A stretch of DNA of 64,000 nucleotides from NCBI GenBank assembly GCA_965116875.1, contig OZ220733.1:2304001-2368000 (forward strand). The letters are read 5' to 3'. Positions 17,010 to 28,000 of this stretch are shown piece after piece (positions within the stretch are counted from its first letter, which is position 1; each line of letters starts with the position of its first letter). The notes under the pieces were generated by a model, which was not told the origin of the DNA, did not search any database, and worked only from the letters and a program-made list of their open reading frames with translations. This DNA comes from Candidatus Latescibacterota bacterium (GTDB lineage Bacteria > Latescibacterota > UBA2968 > GCA-2709665). Both the position numbers and the translations under genes were made by a program.

Positions 17010-19145
17010 ATGGCAAATCGAGAGCAACAGGTATTGATCGTCGAAAGCGACGCGAAACGCGCTACCGATCTGTCGTCCTATTTATCGAAAAACGGATATT
17101 CGGTCTCCGCGGCAGTTTCCTGCGGGCGCGAGGCCGTTGGATCTGCCGAAAGCGCGCGCCCGGACGTGGCGCTGGTGGACATCAACCTTCGCGGAGACCC
17201 GGACGGACCGGACGTCGGCAACCAATTGGCCGGACGGTTCGACGTTCCGGTCCTGTACCTGACGGACGTTTCCAGCGGAGACCTGTTTGAACGTGCGCGG
17301 GCAACCGGACCGTTCGGTTATCTGCTGAGGCCGTTCGATTTACGGCAACTGCACCTGGACATTCAGGCCGCGCTCCACGCGCGCTGCAGGGAAAGCCGGC
17401 TAAGAGACTCTGCAAGGCGTCTGAAACGGATTATCGGCAAATACAGGAATCTGACCCGGCTCATGAAAACCGTGTTCAACAGCATGAGCGAGGGCGTTAT
17501 TGCCGTAGACGTCAACCGGAGGCCTCTCTTCAACAATTCGAGCGCGCAGCGAATCGGCGGCGACTATCCACTGGAGAAAGACCTCGACAAGTGGCCTGAA
17601 AAATACGGCATTTTCCAACCCGACCGGAAGACGCTGGTTCTGGCGGACGAGACCCCTCCGGCGCTTGCGGTGAAAGGCATATCCACGGACGGCGTCGAGA
17701 TGTTCATCCGCAACGAAAAAAAACCCGACGGCGTTCACGTCAGCGTCAGCGGTCGACCCCTCCTCGGAAAAGGGGGCGTCTTGAACGGCGGCGTGATCGT
17801 CGGCCGGGACGTCACCAGGCTTAAGCAGGCGGAAGCCGAATTGGAACGGACGATTGAGCGGCTGAAAGAGCAGGCCCAACTGATGGATACGGTGTTCAAC
17901 AGCATGGACGAGGGAGTCGTTGCCGTGGACGAGACCGGCCGAATCCTGGTCTCCAATTCAAGCGCACGTCGAATCGGGGGCGATCTTCCACTGGTGAAGG
18001 AAATCTGGAAATGGGCTGAAATCTACGGTGTTTTTCTTCCGGACGGCAAGACGCCGTTTCCATTCGAGAAGAGTCCAGTGGCTTCGGCGCTCCGGGGCAA
18101 AGCGACCGACGAGGTCGATGCGCTTATTCGCAACGAATTCAGGCCCGAAGGCGTACAAATTCGGATCCGAAGCAGACCCCTTCTGGGAGAAGGCGGTATC
18201 TCCCGGGGAGCGGTGCTCGTGTTCCGGGACATCACTGACAGCGTGGCTGCGGAGGAGGCGATCGAACGAGCATTCGACCAGGGCCGTTTGGAGATGGTCG
18301 ATACCATTCTGCACAACATCGGCAACGCCATGAACAGCGTCACCACGGGTATCGAAACCGTGCGCAGGAATCTCCTTACCAACCGTGCTGGAAGGCGACT
18401 ATCGGCGCTGTCCGAAGCAATCACGGCGCACCGAAACGACTGGGTCGCCTACATAGAAACCGATCCTCAAGGCCGGAGAGTACTGCCGTTCGTCATCGAA
18501 CTTGCAGAAGACTTCGACCGGCTCAACAATGATCTCATGAGAACCGTGGGACGCGTCAGGGACCAGGCAAGTCATATCGCAGACATCATCCGCACCCAGA
18601 AAGCGCTAGACCTTTCCGATATGGACCGCAAGGACATCGACCTTCACGAAGCACTATCGGGCGCCTTCCGGGTGTTGCGGGAATCCCTCAACAGAAGGGG
18701 GATCCGAACCGACGTGGACTGCGGGAACGCGCCGCATGAGATCCGTGTTCGGGAGAGCCAGTTCCACCAGATGCTGGTCAATCTGATAAAAAACGCGATC
18801 GAAGCCATCGATGAGCTCGACATCAAGGGGGCAAATCGTGGAACGCCCCGAATCCATATCGGCGCCGGGATTGAGCGGGGCGAGCTCGTTATCGAGGTTA
18901 TGGACACAGGCATCGGGATCGATGCCAAAGACGCCCGGAAACTCTTTATGCCGGGATTCACCACGAAGGAGTCCGGAACCGGGCTGGGCTTGCACTCGGC
19001 GGCCAATTTCGTCATTGCCTGCGGTGGACGAATTGAGCCGATAAGCGAAGGTCCCGGAAACGGTGCGACCATCCGCGTCACGCTGCCGCTTTCCACTGTT
19101 GCGCCCCACGTAACATCCGGTAGCACGACCACGTGGCGCCCGTGA
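17010..19145 (+). CDS. Hybrid REC-PAS-PAS histidine kinase
   Basis: N-terminal receiver (DVALVDINL); two VFNSMxEGV PAS starts; H-box ILHNIGN; N-box QMLVNLIKNAIEA; DTGIGI and FTTKESGTGLGL. Confidence 0.92.
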   Translation: MANREQQVLIVESDAKRATDLSSYLSKNGYSVSAAVSCGREAVGSAESARPDVALVDINLRGDPDGPDVGNQLAGRFDVPVLYLTDVSSGDLFERARATGPFGYLLRPFDLRQLHLDIQAALHARCRESRLRDSARRLKRIIGKYRNLTRLMKTVFNSMSEGVIAVDVNRRPLFNNSSAQRIGGDYPLEKDLDKWPEKYGIFQPDRKTLVLADETPPALAVKGISTDGVEMFIRNEKKPDGVHVSVSGRPLLGKGGVLNGGVIVGRDVTRLKQAEAELERTIERLKEQAQLMDTVFNSMDEGVVAVDETGRILVSNSSARRIGGDLPLVKEIWKWAEIYGVFLPDGKTPFPFEKSPVASALRGKATDEVDALIRNEFRPEGVQIRIRSRPLLGEGGISRGAVLVFRDITDSVAAEEAIERAFDQGRLEMVDTILHNIGNAMNSVTTGIETVRRNLLTNRAGRRLSALSEAITAHRNDWVAYIETDPQGRRVLPFVIELAEDFDRLNNDLMRTVGRVRDQASHIADIIRTQKALDLSDMDRKDIDLHEALSGAFRVLRESLNRRGIRTDVDCGNAPHEIRVRESQFHQMLVNLIKNAIEAIDELDIKGANRGTPRIHIGAGIERGELVIEVMDTGIGIDAKDARKLFMPGFTTKESGTGLGLHSAANFVIACGGRIEPISEGPGNGATIRVTLPLSTVAPHVTSGSTTTWRP

Positions 19146-19247
19146 TCGTTGCGCCCGTACGCAACACGACCGTTATGGACAGCATGAATGCCATATCGTC
19201 CGAGACGCGTCGTGCAATGATCCGGCTCTCACCGATGTATCGAATTG

Positions 19248-19494
19248 TGTTGCAAAATGCGACATGATGTGCAATTTGCAACACACGTTTATTCTCCTCA
19301 GCGGCCTGAGATCCATAGAACTTTTATTTCCAATAATTTATCACAATTGAATCGCCGCTGGCTCTCCTGGTCCGTGGATGTGCGACGTTGCAAATTGCGT
19401 CCAATCACATTCCGCCGCAGATGCCAGGAGACCATCCAACTCGTTTATTTTCAGTAAATTGAAATTTTCATTATCTGTCGGCACGGGATGTGCA
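19248..19494 (+). promoter_or_regulatory. Upstream activator boxes plus sigma54 promoter (cassette 1)
   Basis: TGTTGCAAAATGCGACA (19248), tgtgcaatttgcaaca, and a third box cgttgcaaattgcg (~19386); -24/-12 CGGCAC-GGGAT-GTGCA at 19479-19494. Confidence 0.75.
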
Positions 19495-19582
19495 TGTCTC
19501 CAACGGTCAGGAGTGGGTCCTGAGTTGCCGTAAACAGGCAGTTAAAAATGACCTGTTGTCCGTTCATTCAGAAGGTTTCTCG

Positions 19583-21472
19583 ATGAAAGAGGGTAAATTC
19601 AAAAACACGCGCGTTCTGATCGTGGACGACCAGCCCGAGATACACGACGACTTTGCGGAGATGTTGACGCCGAGCGTGGCAAACCCGTCGGCCGATGATC
19701 TGGCGGCGGCCTTCCTGGACGAGACAGAGGTGAGCTTTCTGCCCGAGTTTGAATTGCTGCACGCCAGCAACGGGGAACAGGCATGCGAACTCATCCATAA
19801 AGGAAAGGAATCGAGCCGCCCCATCGCCCTGGCGTACATCGACATCAGAATGCCTCCCGGCATGGACGGTGTGGAGACGATACGCAGGATACGGCTGATC
19901 GATCGGGAAATCGAAGTCGTCGTCATGACCGCGTACACGGACAGGTCTCTGCCCGGAATCGTCGAAGAGTTGGATCTGATGCACAAAACACTATACGTCA
20001 GAAAGCCATTTACCCACGAGGAGATTCAACAGATCACGCTGTCCCTCGTCGCCAAGTGGAACATCGAGAGGGAGCTTGAGCGGAAACGACGTCAGTTGAC
20101 CGACAGCCACAGAAGGCTCGAGGCTGTGCTCAACGCCACCGGAGACGCGATCGCGATGTACAATGTCTCGGGACGCCTGGTTTACGTCAACGGGGCATAC
20201 GAGAGGTTGCTGGGTATGAAGGCAAGAGCCCTGATGGATCTGTCATCCGAAGATCTCGCAGCACGTTTCAAGAAGCGTTTTCGAGAGCTCGATCCGCGCC
20301 CGGAGAAGGACGGATCCCCACCCGACAACGTCAATCTCATAGAAACAACCGGGGTGGGCAATGAGCCGAATCGACGGTATTTCTTCAACTCGGCGGCGCA
20401 GGTGCGCAATGACGAAGGCGTGGTCATTGGAAGTCTCGTGGTCTGCCGGGACGTCTCCACCGAGCACCGGGGCCAACGGAAAGCGGCGAATGCCACAGAC
20501 CTTCGAAGGGCAGCGGAGACCACGACCTCCTTTGCGGGAATGGTGGGCGGCAGTCCCGAAATGCGTCGCGTCTACAAACTGATGAAGAGGGCAGCAGAAA
20601 GCGACATTACGGTGCTCATCCAGGGCGAGAGCGGCACAGGCAAAGAACTGGTTGCCCGCTCGTTTCACGTGACCAGTTCGCGAAACGAAGGACCGTTCGT
20701 TGCGCTCGACTGCGCTGCCATCCCCGCATCCCTGATTGAAAGCGAGTTATTCGGACACGAGAAGGGCGCATTCACCGGCGCGATAACCAGAAGGATCGGT
20801 GCTTTCGAGCGAGCCGACAAGGGCACGATTTTTTTCGATGAAATAGGCGATCTGCCTTTGGACGTGCAGGCGAAGCTGTTGAGGGTCTTACAGGAGCGTG
20901 AAATCCAGCGGATCGGCGGCGCATCGCCAATTCCGGTCGATATCCGTATCGTAACGGCAACCAACAAAAACCTCGAGAATGCGGTAAAGGCGGGTGATTT
21001 TCGCGAGGATCTGTTCTATCGCGTGGCGGCTTTCCCGATTATGATTCCTCCTCTGAGAAAGCGGCGTGAGGACATTCCGCTTCTGGCCGAACACTTTGTG
21101 AAGAGATGCGCAGAGAGCCTCCATAAGTCGATCGACGGTATATCAAAAACAGCACGGAGTCTGATATCCAGGTACGACTGGCCCGGCAACGTGCGCGAAC
21201 TGGAGAATGCCATCCAGCGCGCGGTACTGTTGGAGACGTCTCCGGTGCTCCAGGCTTCCAACCTTCCGCCAAAGCTCTCACCTGTTATCAAATCCGCGCA
21301 ACCTGACGGAAGGCCGGCTACCGTCCTTCCCTTGGCCGAGGTTGAGCGACAGGCGCTGCTCCGCGCGCTGGAGGCCGCGGACAACAGCCCGAAAGAAGCG
21401 GCCGACGCCCTGGGCATCCACCGGACAACCCTGCACCGAAAAATGAAGAAATATAACATCGATATCGACTGA
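19583..21472 (+). CDS. sigma54-dependent enhancer-binding protein (REC-PAS-AAA+-Fis HTH)
   Basis: LIVDD...YIDIRMP...RKPF; GESGTGKE; ELFGHEKGAFTGA; FFDEIG; WPGNVRELEN; LGIHRTTLHRKMK. Confidence 0.95.
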   Translation: MKEGKFKNTRVLIVDDQPEIHDDFAEMLTPSVANPSADDLAAAFLDETEVSFLPEFELLHASNGEQACELIHKGKESSRPIALAYIDIRMPPGMDGVETIRRIRLIDREIEVVVMTAYTDRSLPGIVEELDLMHKTLYVRKPFTHEEIQQITLSLVAKWNIERELERKRRQLTDSHRRLEAVLNATGDAIAMYNVSGRLVYVNGAYERLLGMKARALMDLSSEDLAARFKKRFRELDPRPEKDGSPPDNVNLIETTGVGNEPNRRYFFNSAAQVRNDEGVVIGSLVVCRDVSTEHRGQRKAANATDLRRAAETTTSFAGMVGGSPEMRRVYKLMKRAAESDITVLIQGESGTGKELVARSFHVTSSRNEGPFVALDCAAIPASLIESELFGHEKGAFTGAITRRIGAFERADKGTIFFDEIGDLPLDVQAKLLRVLQEREIQRIGGASPIPVDIRIVTATNKNLENAVKAGDFREDLFYRVAAFPIMIPPLRKRREDIPLLAEHFVKRCAESLHKSIDGISKTARSLISRYDWPGNVRELENAIQRAVLLETSPVLQASNLPPKLSPVIKSAQPDGRPATVLPLAEVERQALLRALEAADNSPKEAADALGIHRTTLHRKMKKYNIDID

Positions 21473-22100
21473 ACCGGCGCGGGCAATGGACACTGCGTTA
21501 CCAACCTGGGATCCCGTTTCGAGGGCGAATCTGCGAGCCCTCAGCAATTCGCTCCCGCCGGAGAACGAAGCACGCCTCGTCCTTGCCGCACCTTACCTTC
21601 CAAAAAGGCTTCAACAATCCCCTCCCAGCGTTCCCCCGGTCTCGAATTCCTGCCATGTTTGTCGCAAAACGCACCAGGCGTTGCAAATTACAGCCTGCAA
21701 CGCAAAATGCACCACGATTCCCTTCCTCCGGTCTGATTTCCTCCATAAGAGACGTACAAACATACATGAAATCGAAATACCGGTTTCGTATACACGGCGG
21801 CAGTCATGATTCGGACTATCGTGTTCGATATATACTATTTATAATATGATCCCGCGCTTTGATGCGTGCGAGTCACACCGGAACAGCCTGAATGTCGGTG
21901 TTACGTGTGTGTTGCGATTATGAGATATATACTATTTACAATATGTCTATCCTGGTGCGCCAGAGATCCATACGGTGGTCCCCAGGCCCACGTCTTCAAC
22001 GACGCGTGGATCCATTACCGCAATGGAAACGCCTCGCAACCGGCGAATACGAAGAACCGTCTTCAGGCCCCCTCCCGGTCGAATTCCTCGATTGGAACAA

Positions 22101-22369
22101 TGTTGCAAAATGCGACATATGCAACAAACTGCAACACGACCTACCCGTCAACTCTGAAGAGTTCTCCACTGTTTTGTTTCTTGTCTCTCTAAAGTCCTTA
22201 TTAACAAATATATAAATCGTCATCCATTCTCTGTGGAAATGCCGTCTCAGGGGTTTCATGCGTGCATCTTGCAACAATTTACAATGTCCGAAGTCAGTCT
22301 GGAAACAGGTATAAGATTTTAATTAACAATAAATTACCAAATATATATGATTCTGGTACGAAATTTGCA
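22101..22369 (+). promoter_or_regulatory. Upstream activator boxes plus sigma54 promoter (cassette 2)
   Basis: TGTTGCAAAATGCGACA (22101), tgcaacaaactgcaaca, gtgcatcttgcaaca (~22262), AT-rich spacer; -24/-12 TGGTAC-GAAAT-TTGCA at 22354-22369. Confidence 0.8.
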
Positions 22370-22511
22370 TATCTGTGGGCAATGTCGGCTGAATCTAATA
22401 TGAATGTGATCAGAGTCGTACCGGTTCGAATAAGCGTTACCGGATTTTTTTTCATCGTCAGGCAGGGCCACGCAACCCGGCCGGTCGGTCGCCGCTCAAG
22501 AGGTCACCAGG

Positions 22512-24753
22512 ATGTCCAATGCAAGGATACTGATCGTCGAGGACGACGTCACCGGCGCCGCTCGGCTGGAGGAATGTCTGAAAAACCTCGGATACATGGT
22601 GTGTGCCGTGGTTTCCGGGGGGCTCGAGGCCATCGAGAAAGCCCGGCAGACCCGTCCCGACCTGGCCCTGGTCGACCTCGAGCTCGAAGGGGAGGTGAGC
22701 GGACCGGAAACGGCCGAGCGCATCGGCAGCCGGCTCCACGTTCCGGTAGTGTTCCTCACGGACAAGGCTGACTTGGAATTGTTGCAGCGGGCGCAGGCGA
22801 GCCGCCCGTACGGGTACGTACAGAGGCCGTTAGAAGCGCGTCAGCTGCACTTGAACATCCTGACCGCCGTCTCCATGGCCGAGAGGGAACGCGGTCACCG
22901 CGAGACGAAGACCCGGCTGAAACGGATCATCAGGAAATACAAGGACCTGATCCGGCTGATGAAAGCCGTGTTCAACAGCATGAGCGAGGGCGTGATCGCC
23001 ATCAATGAGAACAAGATACCCATTTTCAACAATTCGAGTGCGAGAAAGATGGGCGGAGAGAATCCGCTGGATAAGGACATCCACACATGGGCCGAAAAGT
23101 ACGGACTCTACAAACCCGATGGAGAGACGATTTACAACGTGGAAGAGAGTCCGGTGATTGCGGCCCTGAACGGCCAGGCCACCGACCCGGTCGAGATGTT
23201 CGTACGCAACGAGACGAAGCCGGAAGGCGTTCATGTCAGCCTAGACTGCAGCCCCCTTTGGGGTAGCGCAGGTGATTCGAAGGGAGCCCTGATTGTCCTC
23301 CGCGACATCACCTGGCTCAAGAAGGCGGAAGCCAGGCTGGAACGGACGGTAGGCCGGCTGCAAGACCAGACCCGGCTCATGGAAACCGTCTTCGACAGCA
23401 TGAGCGAGGCCGTCCTGGTCATCGATGAGAATGGCGAGCCGCTGATTTTCAACTCGAGTTCGCAAGAGATGTTGGGCGTATCTGTGCTGGAAGGAGAAAT
23501 GAAAGGGTGGGCTGCCAGATACGGTGTACATGAATCCGATGGAGAGAGGTTCATCCCCATTCTCCCCCGGGATGATGGCGTCGTGCAGCGCGCCCTTCGC
23601 GGCAAGGCCACGGAGGGCATCGAACTGCTGATTCGCAATGAGCAGAGACCGGACGGCATCTATGTCAGAACGAACGTCAAACCCCTCGAGGGAAAGAAAG
23701 GGAGGTAGACCGACAGGGGTCGTGTTCGTCTCCCGCGACGTCACCAAAGAGGTCGAGGCCGAGAAGATGAAGTCCGAGGTGCTTCGCCTGCGCGCCGAAT
23801 TGGAAAGGGCCTCCCCCTTCACCGAGATCGTCGGCGACAGCCCCGGAATGCGAGAGGTGTACTCGCTGATGGAGCAGGCCTCTGAAGGCGATATCACGGT
23901 GCTCATTCAGGGCGAGACCGGTACCGGCAAGGAATTGGTGGCCAGGTCGATTCACTCCCATAGCGCGCGCAGGCAGGGGCCGTTTCTGGCTGTCGACTGC
24001 GCCGCCGTTCCCGAAACGCTCATTGAAAGCGAGTTGTTCGGACATGAACGAGGGGCTTTCACGGGAGCGACAGAGCGGAGAATCGGGGCTTTCGAGCATG
24101 CTGACGGGGGCACGATCCTCCTCGACGAGATCGGCGACATGCCATACGCGCTGCAAGCCAAGCTGTTGCGCGTCTTGCAGGAGCGGGAAATCCGGCGGGT
24201 GGGCGGAACCACTCAAATACCCATCGATATCCGGGTGGTAGCGGCCACCAACAAGGATCTGGATCGCGCAGAGAGAAAAGGCGAATTCCGCCAGGACCTG
24301 CTCTATCGCGTCTCGGCCTTCCCCATCGAGATTCCGCCGCTGAGAGAACGCCGCGAAGATATTCCCCTGCTGGCCAGACATTTCATCGATGGACACGCCA
24401 GACGCGCCGGCAAATCCATCAGTGGGATTTCCACCCTCGCCTTGCGCGTGTTGCGCGAGTACGATTGGCCGGGCAACGTGCGCGAACTGGAGAACGCCAT
24501 CGAGCGCGCCGTGCTGTTGGAGAAGACAGGTGAGTTGCAAGCAGCCAACCTGCCGTTCCAGCTGTCGCCCATCGATTCCGTAAAGAGCCTCTCAAAGTCA
24601 GGGCCCCTGTCGCTGGTCGAGGTCGAGCGGCAGGCCCTGATCCTCGCGCTCGAATTCACCGGCAACAACATCCCCAGGGCTGCCGGAGCGCTGGGTATCG
24701 ATCCGACGACGCTGCGACGAAAACTGAAGAGGTACGCCATCGCTAAGGACTAG
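22512..24753 (+). pseudogene. REC-PAS-PAS sigma54 enhancer-binding protein split by a frameshift at 23693-23700
   Basis: ORF 22512-23708 (REC-PAS-PAS) continues in the +1 frame into the AAA+ domain (GETGTGKE, GAFTGA) and HTH ending 24753. The junction is gg-aaag-aaag-gg. Confidence 0.85.
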
Positions 24754-24791
24754 CATTACTTCAAAAAAACGCCTCCGGGCCGCTTTCCCTC

Positions 24792-25021
24792 CGCTGCAAA
24801 AGCCCCGTGTGCTGCAAAATGCCCGCACCCCCCTCTTTGTTTTATAACCCCTTTATAAACAGATAGTAACGTAATTATCTCAGTGGGAAAATGCCGTCTG
24901 AGCCAATTACGGCGTGCATTTTGCAGCATTTCCGCGCATCGCGCCACTCCCGGCATATTGCCATAAACCGTTAATTTACAATATGTTATATATATACGAC
25001 AAGACTGGCACGAAAATTGAC
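24792..25021 (+). promoter_or_regulatory. Degenerate activator boxes plus sigma54-like promoter (cassette 3), upstream of the giant gene
   Basis: tgctgcaaaatgc (~24810) and gtgcattttgcagca (~24915); the segment ggaaaatgccgtctg..gcgtgcat is shared with cassette 2; TGGCAC-GAAAA-TTGAC at 25006-25021 has a -12 that deviates (GA for GC). Confidence 0.6.
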
Positions 25022-25085
25022 ATGTATTTAACAGGCTATCAGGCAAATACTGTCGCAGAATGCGTCTCTACGGCAACAGACCCAC

Positions 25086-28000
25086 ATGCCGCGCGGATGC
25101 ACAAGCCGTCACGTGTCCCTCAGTTCGGTCGGATTTTTAAAAATCCATGTCTGTTGTGGACCAATAAAGACCATCGCAGTCTTGAAAACACAAATCTTCA
25201 CTCGCCTTTCACCATCCTCTCCGCTCGTACGGTTCATCGCCAGCCTGGTGTTCCTGGCATCGGCCGTCGCGGTGGATTCGCCGGCAGTCACAGCCGCCGA
25301 GACCGTGTCGGCGTCACTGAACGTCACCGGCGCGACGGCCGCCGAGGGCGACGGGAGCCTATCGTTCACCGTAAGCCTGAGCCAGGCAGCCGGCGACGCC
25401 GTGACCGTGGCCTGGACCACCTCCGACGGGACGGCAGAGGCCGGGTCGGACTACACGGCCGCCAGTGGCACGCTGACGTTCCCCGCCGACGGTGAGACGC
25501 TGAGCCGGACGATCACCGTGGCGGTCACCGACGACGCCGTGGACGAAGCCGACGAGACGTTCACCGTCACGCTGAGCGAGCCCTCGAACGCGACCCTGGC
25601 GACCGCCGCGGCCACCGCCACGATCACCGACGACGACGACCGCGGCGTGACGGTCTCTCCGACGGCGCTGACGGTGGACGAGGGCGGCGACAGCTTTTAC
25701 TCGGTTGTGCTGGCATCGCGGCCGACCGCCGACGTGACGGTGAGCGTGAGTGCGCCCTCCGGCACGGACGTGTCGGCCGATCCCACGACCCTGTCGTTCT
25801 CCGCCAGCACCTGGAACACCCCTCAAACGGTAACCGTATCTGCGGCGGCCGACGACGACGCGACAGCCGACGAGGCCGTGACGCTGACGCACGCGGTCAG
25901 CGGCGGCGACTACGACGGCGAGACCGCCGCCGATGTAACGGTCACGATCACCGAGACCGATACGCCGGCGCTGTCCATCTCGGACGCGACGGCCGCCGAG
26001 GGCGACGGGAGCGTATCGTTCACGGTAAGCCTGAGCCAGATCGGCAGCGACGACGTGACCGTGGGGTGGGCTACCACCGACGGCACGGCCACCGGCGACG
26101 ACTACACTGCGGTCAGTGGCACGCTGACGTTCAGCCCGGGCGAGACGCTTAGCCAGACGATCACCGTGGCCATAGCCGACGATCAGATAGACGAGGACGA
26201 CGAGACGTTTACCGTCACGCTGAGCGATCCGGCGAACGCGACGCTGGCGACGGCGACGGCCACGGGCACGATCACTGACGACGACACCCGCGGCGTGGCG
26301 GTCAGTCCGCAGACGCTGACGATGGACGAAGGCAGCGACGACACCTACGAGGTGGTGCTGGCCTCCCAGCCGACTGCCGACGTGACCGTGAGCGTGAGTG
26401 TGCCCTCCGATACGGATGTGTCGGTGGATCAGACGACTTTGACGTTCACCGCCAGCGACTGGAACACCGCGCAGACGGTCACGGTGAGTGCGGCCGCCGA
26501 CGACGACGTGATAGCCGACGACGACGTGACGCTGACTCATTCGGTCAGCGGCGGCGACTACGACAGCGCAAGTGCCGACGATGTGGTGGTGACCATCACC
26601 GAGACCGACACGGTGGAACTGAGCATAGCGGGTGGGAGTGCGGCCGAGGACGCCGGTAGTATCTCGTTCACCGTAAGCCTGAGCCAGATCGGCAGCGACG
26701 ACGTAACCGTGGGGTGGGCAACCGCCAACGGCACGGCCACTGCTGGCGATGACTACACCGCGGCCGACGGCACGCTGACGTTCAGCCCGGGCGAGACGCT
26801 TAGCCAGACGATCACCGTGGCCATAGCCGACGATCAGATAGACGAGGACGACGAGACGTTTACCGTTACGCTGAGCGATCCGGCCAACGCGACGCTGGCC
26901 ACGGCGACGGCCACGGGCACGATCACTGACGACGACACCCGCGGCGTGACGGTCAGTCCACAGACGCTGACGATGGACGAAGGCAGCGACGACACCTACG
27001 AGGTGGTGCTGGCCTCCCAGCCGACCGCCGAGGTGACCGTGAGCGTGAGTGTGCCCTCCGACACGGATGTATCGGTAGATCAGACGAGCTTGACATTTAC
27101 GGCGGACACTTGGAACACGGCGCAGACGGTCACGGTGAGTGCGGTCGACGACGACGATGTGATAGCCGACGACGACGTGACACTGACGCATTCAGTCAGC
27201 GGCGGCGACTACGACGGCGCAAGTGCCGACGATGTGGTGGTCACGATTGTCGAAACGGACACGGCGGAACTGAGCGTAGAGGGTGAGAGTGCGGCCGAGG
27301 ACGCCGGTAGTATCTCGTTCACCGTAAGCCTGAACACAGAAAGCAGCGACGCCGTGACCGTGGCGTGGACCACCGACGACGGCACCGCTACCGCTGGCGA
27401 CGACTACACCGCGGCCGACGGCACGCTGACGTTCAGCCCGGGCGAGACGCTCAGCCAGACCATCACCGTGACCATAGCCGACGATCAGATAGACGAAGCC
27501 GACGAGACGTTTACCGTCACGCTGAGCGATCCGGCGAACGCGACGCTGGCTGCCGCTTCGGCCACCGCCACGATCACCGACGACGACGTTCGCGGCGTGA
27601 CGGTGCGTCCGACGGCGCTGACGGTGGATGAGGGCGGCGACGATTCCTACGAGATCGCGCTGACCTCGCAGCCGACCGCCGACGTGACGGTGAGCGTGAG
27701 TGCGCCCTCCGGTACGGACGTTTCGGCCGCCCCCACGACGCTGACGTTCACCGCCGGCGACTGGAACACGCCCCAAACGGTAACCGTCAGTGCGGCCGAC
27801 GATGACGACGCGATCGCCGACGATCAGGTGACGCTGACGCACACGGTCAGCGGCGGCGACTACGACGGCGAGACCGCCGCCGATGTAACGGTCACGATCA
27901 CCGAGACCACGTTGCCGGAGCTGAACATTGCCGACACCACGGCCGTCGAGGGGGACGGCAGCCTGGTGTTCCGGGTGAGCCTGAGCCAGGCCGGCGGCGA

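Noticed and set aside
21486-22277. Several short ORFs in the spacer between the two EBP genes
   Set aside because: No RBS, domain motifs or codon bias; they overlap regulatory boxes.
22419-22452. Possible attenuator hairpin plus T-run in the leader of 22512
   Set aside because: The stem is only ~5 bp with a large loop; too weak to call.
23690-23696. G_GGA_AAG slippery heptamer suggesting a programmed -1 frameshift
   Set aside because: The downstream AAA+ ORF is in the +1 frame, so -1 slippage would not join them; a 4-bp duplication explains the junction.
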